From positions 1,860,001-1,924,000 of the forward strand of contig NW_025767302.1 of assembly GCF_003918875.1 (NCBI RefSeq): DNA of 64,000 bases, written 5' to 3'. The notes under the pieces were generated by a model. The model made no database searches. It was not told the DNA's origin and was given only the letters and a program-made list of their open reading frames with translations. Positions 26,201 through 38,627 of the stretch are shown piece by piece; position 1 is the stretch's first letter, and the number at the start of each line of letters is the position of its first letter. This DNA comes from Haliotis rubra (Eukaryota). The position numbers and the translations under genes were made by a program.

Positions 26201-29200
26201 GGGTACCTCGTAGAGATGGGAAAGCCGCAATAACTCGGTGCGCCTAGTGGCTGCAAGAGTTGTATGATCCCCAAGGAGTTGAGATTGATAATAAGATGTG
26301 CTGTTGAGATTGACATCCAATGATCGAGGGAAAAACTACCAGCGCCTTGAGCATGTACTAGTGCGTGGATATGTGCTATATAAATATCCAATAATATCCA
26401 ATAATAATAATCACAAATTTTGGGTGTTTTATCACATTCTGATGTATTCTAGAAAATGATTTACCGTATGTGAAAGAATATCTCTTTCCATCTTCAATAT
26501 TCAAATCTGTATGTTTCAACCTGTTTCTGTGGAAAATATGTGGGAATATGTTTCTATTACAATTGTTCTAGACAAAACACTTAAAACTTGGAGATTGGTA
26601 GGTATAAATGGCTGTTGAGTGTGACAAATTTTGGCTGGGTGACCACTGTCAATGACTTTCATCAGCCTGTAATGGATGCTCATGCTGTTGACCATTGGTA
26701 TCTGTTGCCCGGGTGATATTACAGGCTCCAGTCATAGTAATGTTCAAGGTTCAAGATTGTTGTGTTAAAGTGCCAATGGCAGGGTTTGTATCATAATGGC
26801 ACCCTAACAATATGTCACTGGTGAGTGCACACTTGCAGAAATCATATCTCTTAAACAAAATTACTCTGAAAGGATGTTTAGCATATGAAGCCGGTAATGA
26901 CTGTATTTTGTACAAATACACTGGGCAGACATTTAGGAAGTGAATATGTGAGTGAGTGAATTGTTTGGATTATTGCAAAGAAAGTGCATGCCTGAATTTG
27001 TAACAGCACAGTGTCACGTGTTGTTATACCAGGAATATAAGTGATCAAGTAAAAAAATCCAGTAGAATATTGGCACCAATTAGTCATATTATTACTTGCA
27101 TTCACTCTGATGCAAACACTACCAACAACTCCATGATACAGTTATAATAACTCTCTCAACTGATGGTGGGGCGGTGGGGTAGCCTAGTGGTTAAAGCGTT
27201 TGCTCGTCACGCCGAATACACGGGTTCGATTCCCCACATGGGTACAATGTGTGAACCCTATTTCTGGAGTCCCCTGCTGTGATATTGCTAGAATATTCCT
27301 AAAAGCGGCACAATACTAAACTCATTCACTCAACTGTTAGTTGTATGTTGTAATGTTTCTCTTTGTGTTAAGGCCAGCAGACGGTATCCACCTGTCTGGA
27401 CAGTGTGTCTGAGCTCATGCAGAAGACATTCGATGCTGGAGACCTGCAGTGGCTCCCCCCTGGTGTTCGGGGACCAGGACGATGCATGGGTGGAGGTTCT
27501 GCTGTGTTTGTTGGACATCTATGTGAATACATTGAGGTAGGGCTGGACATATGCTTTTAGCCATATACATTGTATCCCACATATTACACCTTTTTTGTGT
27601 CATGATAAATACGGGTGGTGGCGTAGCCTAGTGGTTAAAGTGTACATTTGTCACGCCAAAGGCCCGAGTTCTATTCCCCACATGGGTACAAAGCGTGAAA
27701 CCCATTTCTGGTGTCCCCTGCCATGATATTGCTGGAATATTGCTGAAAGCAACATAAAACCATAGTCACTCACTATGATAAAGTGAGTGAGTAAGTTTAG
27801 TTTTACGCCGCTTGACGAGCGAATGCGTTAACCACTAGGCTACCCCACCACCCCACTATGATAAATACCCTGGATCCACTTGCCACCATACCTTCGTATT
27901 GAGCATCATCCATAGGATATATTTTACCTGCTCAGACCCTGATATTTAGCTCCAAGTCTACACCAAATTACTGTTAGATTTCCTTCTTTTGCTTCATGTT
28001 TCAAAAATGAATTTAAAAAAGCAATTTCATTACAACATGATGACATATCATGATGAGAACCATGATGAGGATGAGCATTCTTCCTTCTTCCAGATTGAGC
28101 CCAGACTTGACTCTGTCACACAAAGTCAACCCTCATCCCATCTTCTTGGAGTTCATGGATTCCAATGATCACATGGTCCTGGTTGACCTCTTGACCTCCC
28201 CTGAGACATGTTTCCTGCTCTACTTCCTGCGGTACCTCAAGTGTCTTGTGTGTGAGTGGGACAAGTTTGTTACAGCATGTCATCTTAGATTTTGTGTGTC
28301 CCAGAATGAACCCATGGATCTTGAACTGAGTGGACAGACTGCTTCCAGAGTGTCAGACCACCCAGAACAAGAAGTGTGCGACAATGTACCAGTTGAACAT
28401 TCACAGCTTATAGAGGATAGATGCAAATGTTTACAGAAGTCAGTAAAGACAGACCACCCAGATGGTAGGGATGGTGAATGTAGGAGCTCAGATAGCAGCC
28501 AGATATCTTCAGGAGCAATGACATCCCCTCACACACAGCCATTTCCAACACAATCATCTACTCCACAACCATTTCCTACACAATCATCTAATCTACAGCC
28601 ATTTCCAACGCAATCATCTAATCTACAGCCATTTCCTAGACAATCATCTACCCCACAACCATTTCCTACACCATCATCTACTCCACAACCATTTCCTACA
28701 CAATCATCCACTGCGCAACCATTTCCTACACAATCAACCACTCCACAACCATTTCCTATACAATCATCCACTGCACAACCTTCTCAAACACAATCAACTA
28801 CTCCACAACAATCATCAAATCCACTATCATCTACTTCACAACCATTTGCTACACAATCTAATCCTCAACCAGTTCCTACACAATCATCTAGTCCAAAACC
28901 TTCTCAAACACAATCATCCACTGCACAACAATCACAGGCTAGAGGACACTGTAGTGGGTTGTCTTATTTGGCAGCATACTGTGATGATGATGATGATGAT
29001 GGTGGCAGTGATGGAGACATACGTTCTTCTGCCACAACACTGACAGATGGGGTTGTGCTGACCCCTGGAACAGTGCCGTCTACTGTCCAACTCAGTGCAA
29101 GGTCATGTGACCTACAGTGTGTGGAGAGTGTGATGAGTGAACTTATCCGAGTTGGTCTAAGAATTGAGAGACTGTCCAGTCAAGACCTGTTCCCCTACAA

Positions 29201-29279
29201 CCCCGGGCCCCTGTTGTCCCTGCTTGAACAGTGTGAGCTTCTGTATGACGGAATGGAAACTGACAAACATGTGCAGTAA
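23221..29279 (+). CDS. LINS1: Protein Lines homolog 1 (~874 aa after correcting one apparent +1 frameshift)
   Basis: Coding exons with GT-AG boundaries at 23221-23715, 24413-24499, 25201-25894, 27373-27536 and 28094-29279. Lines-family motifs: WLPLVFGDQDDAWVE (needs one C removed from the C6 run at 27455-27460), NPHPIFLEF...LVDLLTSPETCFLLYFLRYLK and C-terminal IERLSSQDLFPYNPGPLLSLL. An acceptor AG just before the ATG suggests an upstream non-coding exon. Confidence 0.88.
26029..26410 (+). mobile_element. CORE-like tRNA SINE with an L2-type tail
   Basis: tRNA-like head, CORE-like CCCAGTCCACCAAGCTGTGAATGGGTACC and tail AGCGCCTTGAGCAT...TGGATA...(aat)n. A related, more diverged element lies at ~29640-29935. 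Confidence 0.6.
27168..27331 (+). mobile_element. tRNA-derived SINE family A (~165 bp; representative copy)
   Basis: Pol III A box (TAGCCTAGTGG), B box (GGTTCGATTCC) and tail gatattgctggaatattgctaaaagcggcgtaaaactaaac(tcac)n. Other copies at approximately 2358-2517(-), 2645-2802(+), 6437-6580(-), 7040-7206(-), 12783-12941(-), 16621-16790(+), 17087-17242(-), 24845-25003(-), 27613-27773(+), 27783-27854(-), 31803-31954(-), 34068-34212(-), 36481-36645(-), 37038-37196(-), 42536-42681(+), 52866-53000(+) and 60416-60571(-). Confidence 0.9.
28530..28935 (+). repeat. Coding 30-bp repeat (PQPFPTQSST) within the last LINS1 exon
   Basis: About 13 copies of a 10-aa unit, in frame. Confidence 0.9.
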
Positions 29280-30525
29280 TATACAAGAAATCATCAACAT
29301 TGCCGTTTTGTAATCTCGTTCTTTATGTTGTATCATGTTTGTTTTGTTTGTTTGTCATTTAATAACACTTAGCTATATGATAGCGATCTGTTGAAAAAAA
29401 TAGAGTCTGGGACAGACAATCCACTGATTGACATCAGGAGCAGCAATCTACGCAATTGGGATACAATGACATATATCAACCAAGCTGGCGGGCCTGAGCA
29501 TCTGAACCTATTAGTTGCCTCTTGCGACAAGCATGGGTTGCTGAAGACCAATCCTAGTCTGGATCTTCACGGGTCTTCAATTGACTCCGGACAGTCCTCG
29601 GATGGGTGACCGTGTTTGGCAGCTTGACTCCTGAAAGTTTCTAGGACTTCAGTCCTGCCCCACAACGAAGCGCATGTGATGCATGTGGTCTCACCTTAGG
29701 CAAGTGGGTTTGTTCAAAATTGCCTCTGTCCACCCAGCAGTAAAATTGGATACCTGGTATGATACGATGGTAGTTTGAATTTGAACCTTGAGAGCCTGAC
29801 AGGCGACCGGTTGTATTCTTAACATGGAGTGTTCTGTACTCGTTGACCAGGGGTAATATGTCAGCGCTTTGAGCATGCAATGTGCATGGATAAACGCGCA
29901 ATATAAATGGACTATTATTATTATTATTATTAATTAAATATTGACTGTACCCATTGTCGGTTGCAAGAACCAATTATTAGTATCTGGAAGTCACAATGCT
30001 GGACCTCACTGCCAGTAGGACATCACAGCTAGACAGCTTGGATGGTTCCTTGTGCTGTCAGGGACTGGTTCGACTGGCCTGGCCCTGATTACAGGTAGCT
30101 TTGATGGGAGCTGGACAATAGCTGTGGTAACTCAAGACTTCAAGTACAAAACCTATTCTGTTTCAGTTCAACTCATGAGCAAAGTTTCTCTGATCATGTA
30201 TTGCAGTCTCTCTACAATACTGTTACATATCAAGAATGATGGCCTTGGCACAACATCTTTGATGTCCTTCCTTAATCACAAACTTATAAAAGGAGGAATA
30301 TATAAAAAGAATTATAAAAGTTGTCAGGACACTTTCATTCTTTCTCCACTGTAAGACACATTTGTCAGTAAGGTTATTTTGAGATATTTCTTTCTTTAAT
30401 CAAAATGAACTTCAGAACCTGAAATACTAGTATATATCTGTGCCTTGCTAACTGCTGTCCATCTCACATGGACAATTCTTCAGTCATATGGATACAAATA
30501 CTCAAACAAAGATTACAATTTTGAG

Positions 30526-30531
30526 TTTATT
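30526..30531 (-). terminator. Candidate AATAAA polyadenylation signal of Cactin
   Basis: tttatt on the + strand, about 90 nt downstream of the Cactin stop. Confidence 0.45.
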
Positions 30532-30622
30532 TACAAGGGATAAAATTGTCATATCTACAGGCGACGTATGTACAAATGATGATGATGATGGTGGTGGTGA
30601 AGTCACACTGTGTAGTCACTGT

Positions 30623-33600
30623 TCATCTCCGGTAACGATATCTCTTGAAGTGGAACCACAGCTGGAAAATGTTGTTTTGGAACTGACATCGGAATCCACG
30701 CTTGTACGAATATTCCCACTCACGATTGACGATCTTGAAGGCAATGTCCTACAAATATTAACAATTCATCAGAAACGTAAAACCTTCTCACCAAAAGCCG
30801 CCATTATTGTCTTCACATTAATATAATCTTTGAACTTATGTTTTTGCTATTCACTTGGACTAACGTCATCAATATGAAGTGAATGAACCCTTTGTGGATC
30901 TACTTTGTGCAACCCTCTTTACCTGATACTGAAGCAATACGTACCTCATAGGGCGGTCCAGCATGAAACCTAAGTGTGGCGAAATCTTTGTTGTCATCAC
31001 ATGGAGTCTGTCAAGGAAGATAGAAGTGCTCCATCAGTTACACAATACACAGGGGTCTATATACATACTCTTTTACATCCATCTTATGTCAAGAAGAATA
31101 TGGCGGATAAATACCAATCTACAAAATACTGCTAATAATGTTTCATTACAAATTATTTTTGAAGGGGTTCTGGATCTGTCTGTCATGATGGCACATGAAG
31201 TGCTTCAAATGTTGAACAAGTTGAAATACTACATACTTTGCTTTTTATATGTACATTGTGTATATAAATACGATCAGCATATAAATTTAGGAGTCAGGAG
31301 GTTTCGAAACTACTACAATATCTGTAGTTGTAATTAGTATAACTAACACATACATGTACTTGTATGACAGGTAGGTTGTTCAGGATACAAGGCCATAGTG
31401 TGCGGTTTCCATGATGATGGTAAGGCAACAAATACTCCATAATTTGCATTTGTAACATCATACTACTGCTCTTTCTATTAATGGCTGGTTGACCATATCA
31501 CTTTACTAGAATCTGATGGCCCACTTACCAGTCATGGTTCACAACATAATTAGAGCATTGACACACGGAAACATGAAGTGGCTATCAGGAGTCATTACTC
31601 TGGAGACTGATACTCTACAAGAAATGATACTGTGTTCTGTGGGCAGTATAAATGATAAAAGCACACACATCCTCCAGTAAATTGTATACAATGACGGTAT
31701 CCAATGAGTGAGTGAGTAAATATATGTCAGTTATAATGGGTTGTAAGCAATTTGTATGCACGTATGTACCACCTGGTGGTGATGTCACTGGTCTGTGATG
31801 AATGAGTGAGTATGGTTTTACACCGCTTTTTAGCAATATCACGGCTGGGGACACCAGAAATGGGCTTCACATATTGTACCCATGTGGGGAATCGAAACCT
31901 GGGTCTTCGACGTGATGAGCCAACGCTTTAACAACTAGGCTACCCATCGCCCCCGGGTAACTATTCACATCTGAGTAGCCTCACTCACCACAGTGTATTC
32001 TGGTGTTGCTGTCTTGTCGATCAGATCGGGGTAGAATATCTGGAACAGATGAGTACAGGGTAACAACTTGGTAAACTCAACAGTCCCATAGACAGCAGAC
32101 GTCTCCTGACTGATGATTAGATGGAGGGTTACTCTCCCTGTCATTTGTAGACAGGTACGATGACATGACTAGTGGTCTCACAATTGATGTATTTATCATT
32201 GTAAATCTACACCTGGCAATATGATGCCTTATACACCATCCTGTGTGTAATGATGTTATTTTGTATTGTTTTTAATAAAATGACGTTTGAAAGAGATTGC
32301 ATGGTACGCAATATTAAACTCCATAACACCCAAAAAATGGTTCAATCTTACTGCATGATGAAACTAACTATTCATCTGATTAAAATCGAACAGAAGGATA
32401 CCGATGGTGTTTTGTTGGCCAGGCCAGATAGAGTGAGTGAGCATGGTTTTACGCCATGTTTAGCATTAATACATAAGGTATCACACCTGATGAGGTATCA
32501 CAATATGCATCCACTGATATTAAGGTAAATCAGGAATTACCATGCAGTGTGATACTTACAGTAACTCAGTGATCTACTTACATTGAACTTGTAACCCTGC
32601 ACAATCTTTGGCGGTGGGTTGTCTATATCGTAGTGAGTTTGATTGTACTTGTTCCATTCAAAACCCTGCAAAAAAGACATGTTCATCACTTTGGAATCAT
32701 TCCCACCATAAATATTTCACAGACAAAGATTTCACAACTAGAATGATGACATAGCATAAACATCATTGCATGCAACAACAAACAGCATGTCTTATTAAAC
32801 CATGAGAGTGTTGTAAATGAAACAGAATGATGATTGTGCAAGAAACAGATAGATTTACATGCTGATTATACATTTAAGAATGGAAAGAAATGGTCATTGT
32901 ATTTTCATACATTTAAGAAAGGAAAGACAATGGTCCTCATGAGGTGACATTTCAATTTCAGTTTTAGCTGTAACATGTTAAATTTGGGATTACACTTTCT
33001 TAGTAAAGTACAGATTCTAGTACATTTGTTGGGTTGAGTCCCATCCGGGATTCAAACCCACACCCTCAGAGTCAGGCACCTAATCGCCAGCACACAAAAT
33101 CAGACGTCTAGACCGCTCAGCCGGGAAGTCGGATAACTGGTAGTCTAAACTGCGGACTTTGTGTACCCCTCTGATAAGTGTTAGCTGTTCTCTATTGTTA
33201 TCCGCCTCACTTGTTTGAACAATGACATGCAATGAAGTAAGTCACCGAATTTGACCACATGTCACTAAATCACGATGTACAACTAGCACAGGTTGCTGTG
33301 AACCTTCTCTAACCAGGCATCCAACCTCATCCTCATCCTCTGCCTCAGGCTCCCTAAAACAGGTTTGTCAAGCTGTGTCCGATTTCAGACATGACACTTT
33401 ATCAAAATGGCTGAAAATATCCACAATACTAGCCTATTGTATCAATAAAGTTTATGTTTTGCTCCAACAACTAAGTCACTTTTCACTCAGGTGTGCTCTT
33501 CCAACAAGTCTGTTCGTTTGCTTGTTGCTTCATGCTGGACTTGACTGAATTCCAACAATATGGCAGCAGTCTGCAAATTATCAAGTATCAACAAGACAAT

Positions 33601-36600
33601 CCAGTGACTTACATAATAAGCATCAATCTACACAACTGGGTTACCATGACATGCTTTAACAAACTCAGCCTGACCTTCCGATGCTGATGACCCATTCTCA
33701 CCCAGATCCTCACAAGGTCTGTGTAGAGTTACTTCCCCTGGTACTCACCGTATGGACTCTGTTGAAGAACCTTGGTTTTCGTGGCCTGTACTTGTCGGAC
33801 CACAAGAAAGCCTGCTTATCTAACGTGACTTCAACACTGAACTGAGCCTCATCATCATTCATCCCCTCTCGGGCCTTCTTCTCAAACAATGTCTCTCCGT
33901 CAAGCTGAATTAGAGCAGGGAAAGCATACTGGATAAAATCTAGCATTATGTTATCAACACATAATTTATCTCAGCAATAAACATGATACTGTGTATACTC
34001 ACAATAGGACCAGGTGTAATTAAGCACCAGAAAATGTTACAATGTTCATTTCATAATGTTTTAGTCTGAGTGAATTAGTATGGTTTTACGCTGTTTTTAT
34101 CAACATTCCAGCAATGTCACAGCAGGGGGACAACAGAAACGGGCTTCACGCATTGTACCCGGATCTTCAGTGTAGCAAGCAAATGCTTTAACCACCACGC
34201 TACTCCACCAATCCTTACAGTTTGAGAAATATTCTAATAATGTACAATTTGTCCAGTATCTGTTTGGATGCTTATAATTACTCAGTCAACATACCAAAAC
34301 TTAGGCAGTGGAAAATACTTGATCCTGAATCCTACCAAACGACATCTTTGATTCCTACACACCAATATTCTTGACAACACACCCTAACTCCTAAATCCTT
34401 CACAACATACCCTAACTCGGCCAGTTGTCCGCACTTGATCCCGAGCAAGGTCCAGTTTCTTTGAGGTCGTCCACTGGATCGTACACCACAGCGTCGATGT
34501 CCAGCTCGTTGCTCCGCAGCAGCCTAGGGCTGTAGCTGCCAGCAGTGTAGTCATCCACAGCCTCCTCCTCCAGGTCAGCTTCAGTGATCAATGGCTCCGA
34601 GCTGGAAGAAAGCCAGGTGGGGTGTAACAGGGTTTATGGTCCTTTTCAAGTGTGCTTGTGTGTCTGCTTGTACAAGTCTCAACAAATGCTCTTATATAAT
34701 GCTTGCCTTTAGCCAAGGTCCTAAACATGAGCTTTCACTTTTGGGGAAGATGTTCACTCTCTCGACCAGACAACTGAGGCAGTGATCATGTATCTTTATC
34801 TTTCACACACTGAACAAGGAGAACGTTTCACAGGTAATCTCAGCAAAGAAAAGAAATGCCCGGCATCCTCTTTTGTAATGTTTGGAAATCAACTCAAAGA
34901 GAAAGCTGTCCATATTCTATCATAGAGGATCAGGGGTCCATTTCACTGAGACCTTTTTTGTTCTGAGGTGATCTTAGCTCCCACACTTCAACACAGACTT
35001 ACAACATTTATAGTGCTAAGATAGCTTTGCCATGTAGTACCACCCTATCCAAATTGTATCCCATAAATTATTAGTAAACAGAAAGATACTTCTGAAATGT
35101 CTTGATGTACATACTCTTCTCCATCATCATCTTCTTCCTCACTGTCCTGCCTCTCTGCTGCCAGATCCTCCTCCTTCACACTGGGCTGCTCGTCAGGCTG
35201 GGATGAGGTTCCTGGCAGGGGGGCAGGGGATGACCTCTGGGGGATGGGTGAGGCTCGATGTATTGCAGGAGACGACCGATGGACTCCTGGTGCGGGAGAT
35301 GACCTATGGACTCCAGGAGATGACCGATGGACAGCGGGTGAGGAGTGACCAGATGCACTGCCCCTTGAATCGTCATGTAGCACAGGAAATAGTGGATCTG
35401 AGTCAATTCCTTGCTGGAAGCATAATCACAAGTTGAGCAGTACTAATGTGGAAACAGGTCATAGAAAGAGTGCTGAAAGTAGCTGCATAAATGACGTTCA
35501 CCACATGAAGCACCTAGTTGCCCCTACCTATTAGTGCCTTCGGCTTCCCCGGGAAGTAACCCTCCAATAATACAACTAGGACTGTACGCTGGGACAAATC
35601 ATACTCCAGCCTGGTGTACATATTTACCTTTCAGCATGTTTAGCTCAAGTAAATTTTGTCCCACTAGGTGAGGTGAGGTGAAATTGGGTTAAACGTCGTG
35701 CTTGAGAATATTTCGCTCATATGACGACTTGCATGCGTGTGTTTATGTATGCGGGACTGCTGGTTTTATAGTGCTAGCCCACTGAGATACCACGCCGCAG
35801 TGAAGCATGAATACCCCACTCAGACACATTATACTGACTCCGAGCCGACCAGTCCTTGTACCCATTAATGCCGAGTGCCAGGCAGGGACCAACAAGTACC
35901 ATATTTTGACGTCTTTTGGTATGATGCGGTCGGGGATCGAACCCGCGACCTTCCGCGGACGCTCTAACAACTACACCACGGAGGCGGTCTTGTCCCACTA
36001 GGAGCTAATCTAGGTTCTTAAAACTTCATATTAGTTACACCACATAATGTTTAAATAAATCAAACAAATATCTGAAACTTAACACCATGTGGTCTTGTTA
36101 AAGTGAGATAAGAATTCAGTCAGACCAGATCTACTATCTTGGCATGTTCTCAGCATGTTTACCTCTCTCTTGAGGGCATTCAGCTTCTGCTTGAGGACAT
36201 CCTGATGACGTTCCCGAAGCCTCGTCCGGGCCATGTGTGCCTTCAGCTGCTGAAGCAGGGACTCCCAGTAACCTGGAACAGAAGGACATAGCATCTGCAC
36301 TGTACATTTCACTATCCTAATACATGAATATTTCCTATGTCCACATCTTGCCGTGGCACAATTGTCTCACTGATCCAATTCAGAGTCAGATTATGGTTAA
36401 AGGAAGATATATACCATATAATGTTATGAGGTAACTTGAAAATGATAAAATGTATGTCAATGATAACACCAGCACTTACAGTGAGTGAGTGAGTCAGGTT
36501 TTACCCCGCTTTTAGCAATATTCCAGCAATATCAAGGCAGGAGACACCAGAAATGGGCTTCACACATTGTACTTATATAGGGAATGAACCCTGGCCTTCG

Positions 36601-38627
36601 GTATGACAAGTGAATGCTTTAACAACAATTCTACCCCCCGCCCCCAACACTAGGTATTACCATCAGGAGTCTTAGATGCAACCCAGGAGGCAAGATAACT
36701 GACATCTCAAGGCCTTATTACTGCCATAGTCCATCTTGTAAAGTGTGTATTGGAACATCCAATGATAGATAACTGACTGTGCACCTGAAGGCCCAACTGC
36801 ACTCTCTACTTTGTTAGGTGACATGAATGGCGAGAAGTCACACTCACCAATATCAATACCCTCTCCACCAGTGAGCTTCTCTCTGATCTGCTGCTCCAAT
36901 AGTTTCAGCTGGTTCGTCGTCTTGCCCTTGAAGATGTTGCTGACTTCGCTGGTCACTGCCGTGTTGATGCCCTCGCGACGGTCACCAAAATATTCTGAAT
37001 ATGTCACATAAGAAAGTTATACCAACTAGACTGACTGACTGAGTTTGGTTTTACGCCGCTTTTAGCAATATTCCAGCAACATCACGGCTGGGGACACCAG
37101 AAATGGGCTTCACACATTGTACCCATGTGGGGATTCGAACCCGGGTCTTTGGCGTGACAAGTCAACGCTTTAACCACTAGGCTACCCCACCGCCCCTATA
37201 CCAACTAGACTATAATGCAGTTACAATGCTGCTGGGTATAACCAGCATTCTCTTCACACTGCAGCCAGTGTCCAAGTCCAAGACAGTTACCCAAGACATG
37301 ATTTCTTTGGTTGGTTTGTTGTTCAACGCCACACTCACTGACTCAGCAGTATTCCAGCTATATGGCAACAGCCTGTAAATAATCAAGTCTGGACCAGACA
37401 ATCCAGTGATTAACATCATGAGCATTGTTCTATGAAATTGGGATACAATGTCATGTGTCAACCAGATAAAAGAGCCTGACTACCCGATCGCGTTAGTCGC
37501 CAAGCATGGGTTGTTAAAGACCAATTCTAACCATTATCTTCATGGTTCACAATACATGAACGACTGTAAGATATTTAATCAAAATAGTTTTACCTGTTCA
37601 TTTACTATCAAATTAGAGCATCTACTGAAAACATGGTAAAGCTATGCTCCACCCATGCATCTGTTATAAAAAAACAGTGAAACCTGCACCTGCACCTGTC
37701 TAATCCGGCACACTGTCAAAACTGAAATTAAATTTTGGTCCCGCCATTTTACAACCATATTATGATCATTAAAACATTGTCTAATCTGGCACCTGTCTAG
37801 TCCGTATTCTGGCACGACTTTCTGGTCCCAACAAGCAATTTTAACTGTAATTAACACTGTCCAAACCGGCATGGGTATGAGCAGTCCAATCAAGGACCCA
37901 TAATCCAATACACTAATTAATCCTCTTGGCACACTAGATAATCAGGAAGTATTGATTGCACGGTGAATCAAACACTCGTAGGATTACCGTGGTTATGCTT
38001 TATAAACACTGGGGAATTGCATTAACTGTTTTCAAGTGAGTGACATGTGTCATAGATTAAACAAATAGGCATTCGTTCTGTCATCAACATTGTTTTAATT
38101 TGTTCCACAAATACAAAAGATCAAAGGCATTACAGAGATAAAGAGATTGACGAGTGTAAATGGCAGCCATGTTAGAAAATGATCGTCATTGTCTAATCTG
38201 TCACCCTGTCTAAACCGGCATTTTATTTCAGTCCGTGGGGTGACGGTTCAGACAGGTTTCACTGTACCTTATATCTAAGCATCTCCCAGCATACCATTAC
38301 AAGAGCATAGATCAGCTACAAAACTCACCAAGACAACATACTGTTTATGTCATTATGGCATTTTATGAAAACATCGTTGTGTATAATCACAAGAATAAAG
38401 GTTTAATATCTTCCATAAAACTGAAATACATATAATACTAATAACAATGAAACAGATCTTTGAGAAATCTAACCTCTTGTGCTAGCATCCAGCTTGCGGA
38501 GCTTGTTTAGCTCGTCTTCAGTCACAGTGACGATGTCTCTCCAGTAGTCTGTGTTCTTTCCCTGCTCCAGCTCCAAGTAGACCTTAATGTCCTCTAACAG
38601 ATCCTCCAGGTCTGTGATGGTCAGACC
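30623..38627 (-). CDS. CACTIN: Cactin (spliceosome C-complex factor), 3' part only (~459 aa); 5' exons not found in the window
   Basis: Exons in transcript order: 38474-38627 (GLTITDLEDLLEDIKVYLELEQGKN), 36848-36994, 36163-36272 (GYWESLLQQLKAHMARTRLRERHQ), 35115-35413, 34411-34601 (one extra base near 34460), 33749-33904 (WSDKYRPRKPRFFNRVHT), 32582-32665 (GFEWNKYNQTHYDIDNPPPKIVQGYKFN), 31989-32039 (IFYPDLIDK), 30945-31007 (FHAGPPYE) and 30623-30748 (DIAFKIVNREWEY...LWFHFKRYRYRR*). All introns are GT-AG; phases are consistent once the extra base is removed. Confidence 0.95.
32985..33130 (-). mobile_element. Short tRNA-like SINE family (other copies ~23920-24032 and an inverted pair at 48548-48740)
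   Basis: Shared GTGTGGGTTYGAATC...GGACTCAACC...TACTAGAATCTGTACTTTACT...GTGTAATCCC block found at three loci. Confidence 0.55.
35667..35990 (-). mobile_element. V-domain-like tRNA SINE in a Cactin intron
   Basis: Closely similar to 56778-57135. Confidence 0.75.
37675..38264. mobile_element. MITE, Tc1/mariner-pogo-like, in a Cactin intron
   Basis: CAGTGAAACCTG...CAGGTTTCACTG followed by TA, with internal repeated tctaatccggca motifs. Confidence 0.65.

Noticed and set aside
27168-27240. tRNA-like sequences (also at 16621, ~57060 and others)
   Set aside because: They are the heads of multi-copy SINEs that continue into SINE bodies, not tRNA genes.
28529-28771. Cys/Gly/Asp-rich minus-strand ORF (DDCVGNGCG repeats)
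   Set aside because: It is the antisense reading of the LINS1 coding repeat.
30488-30826. 112-aa + strand ORF and other short ORFs overlapping Cactin, MED27, IAP or GH86 exons
   Set aside because: These are antisense or alternative-frame shadows of real exons.
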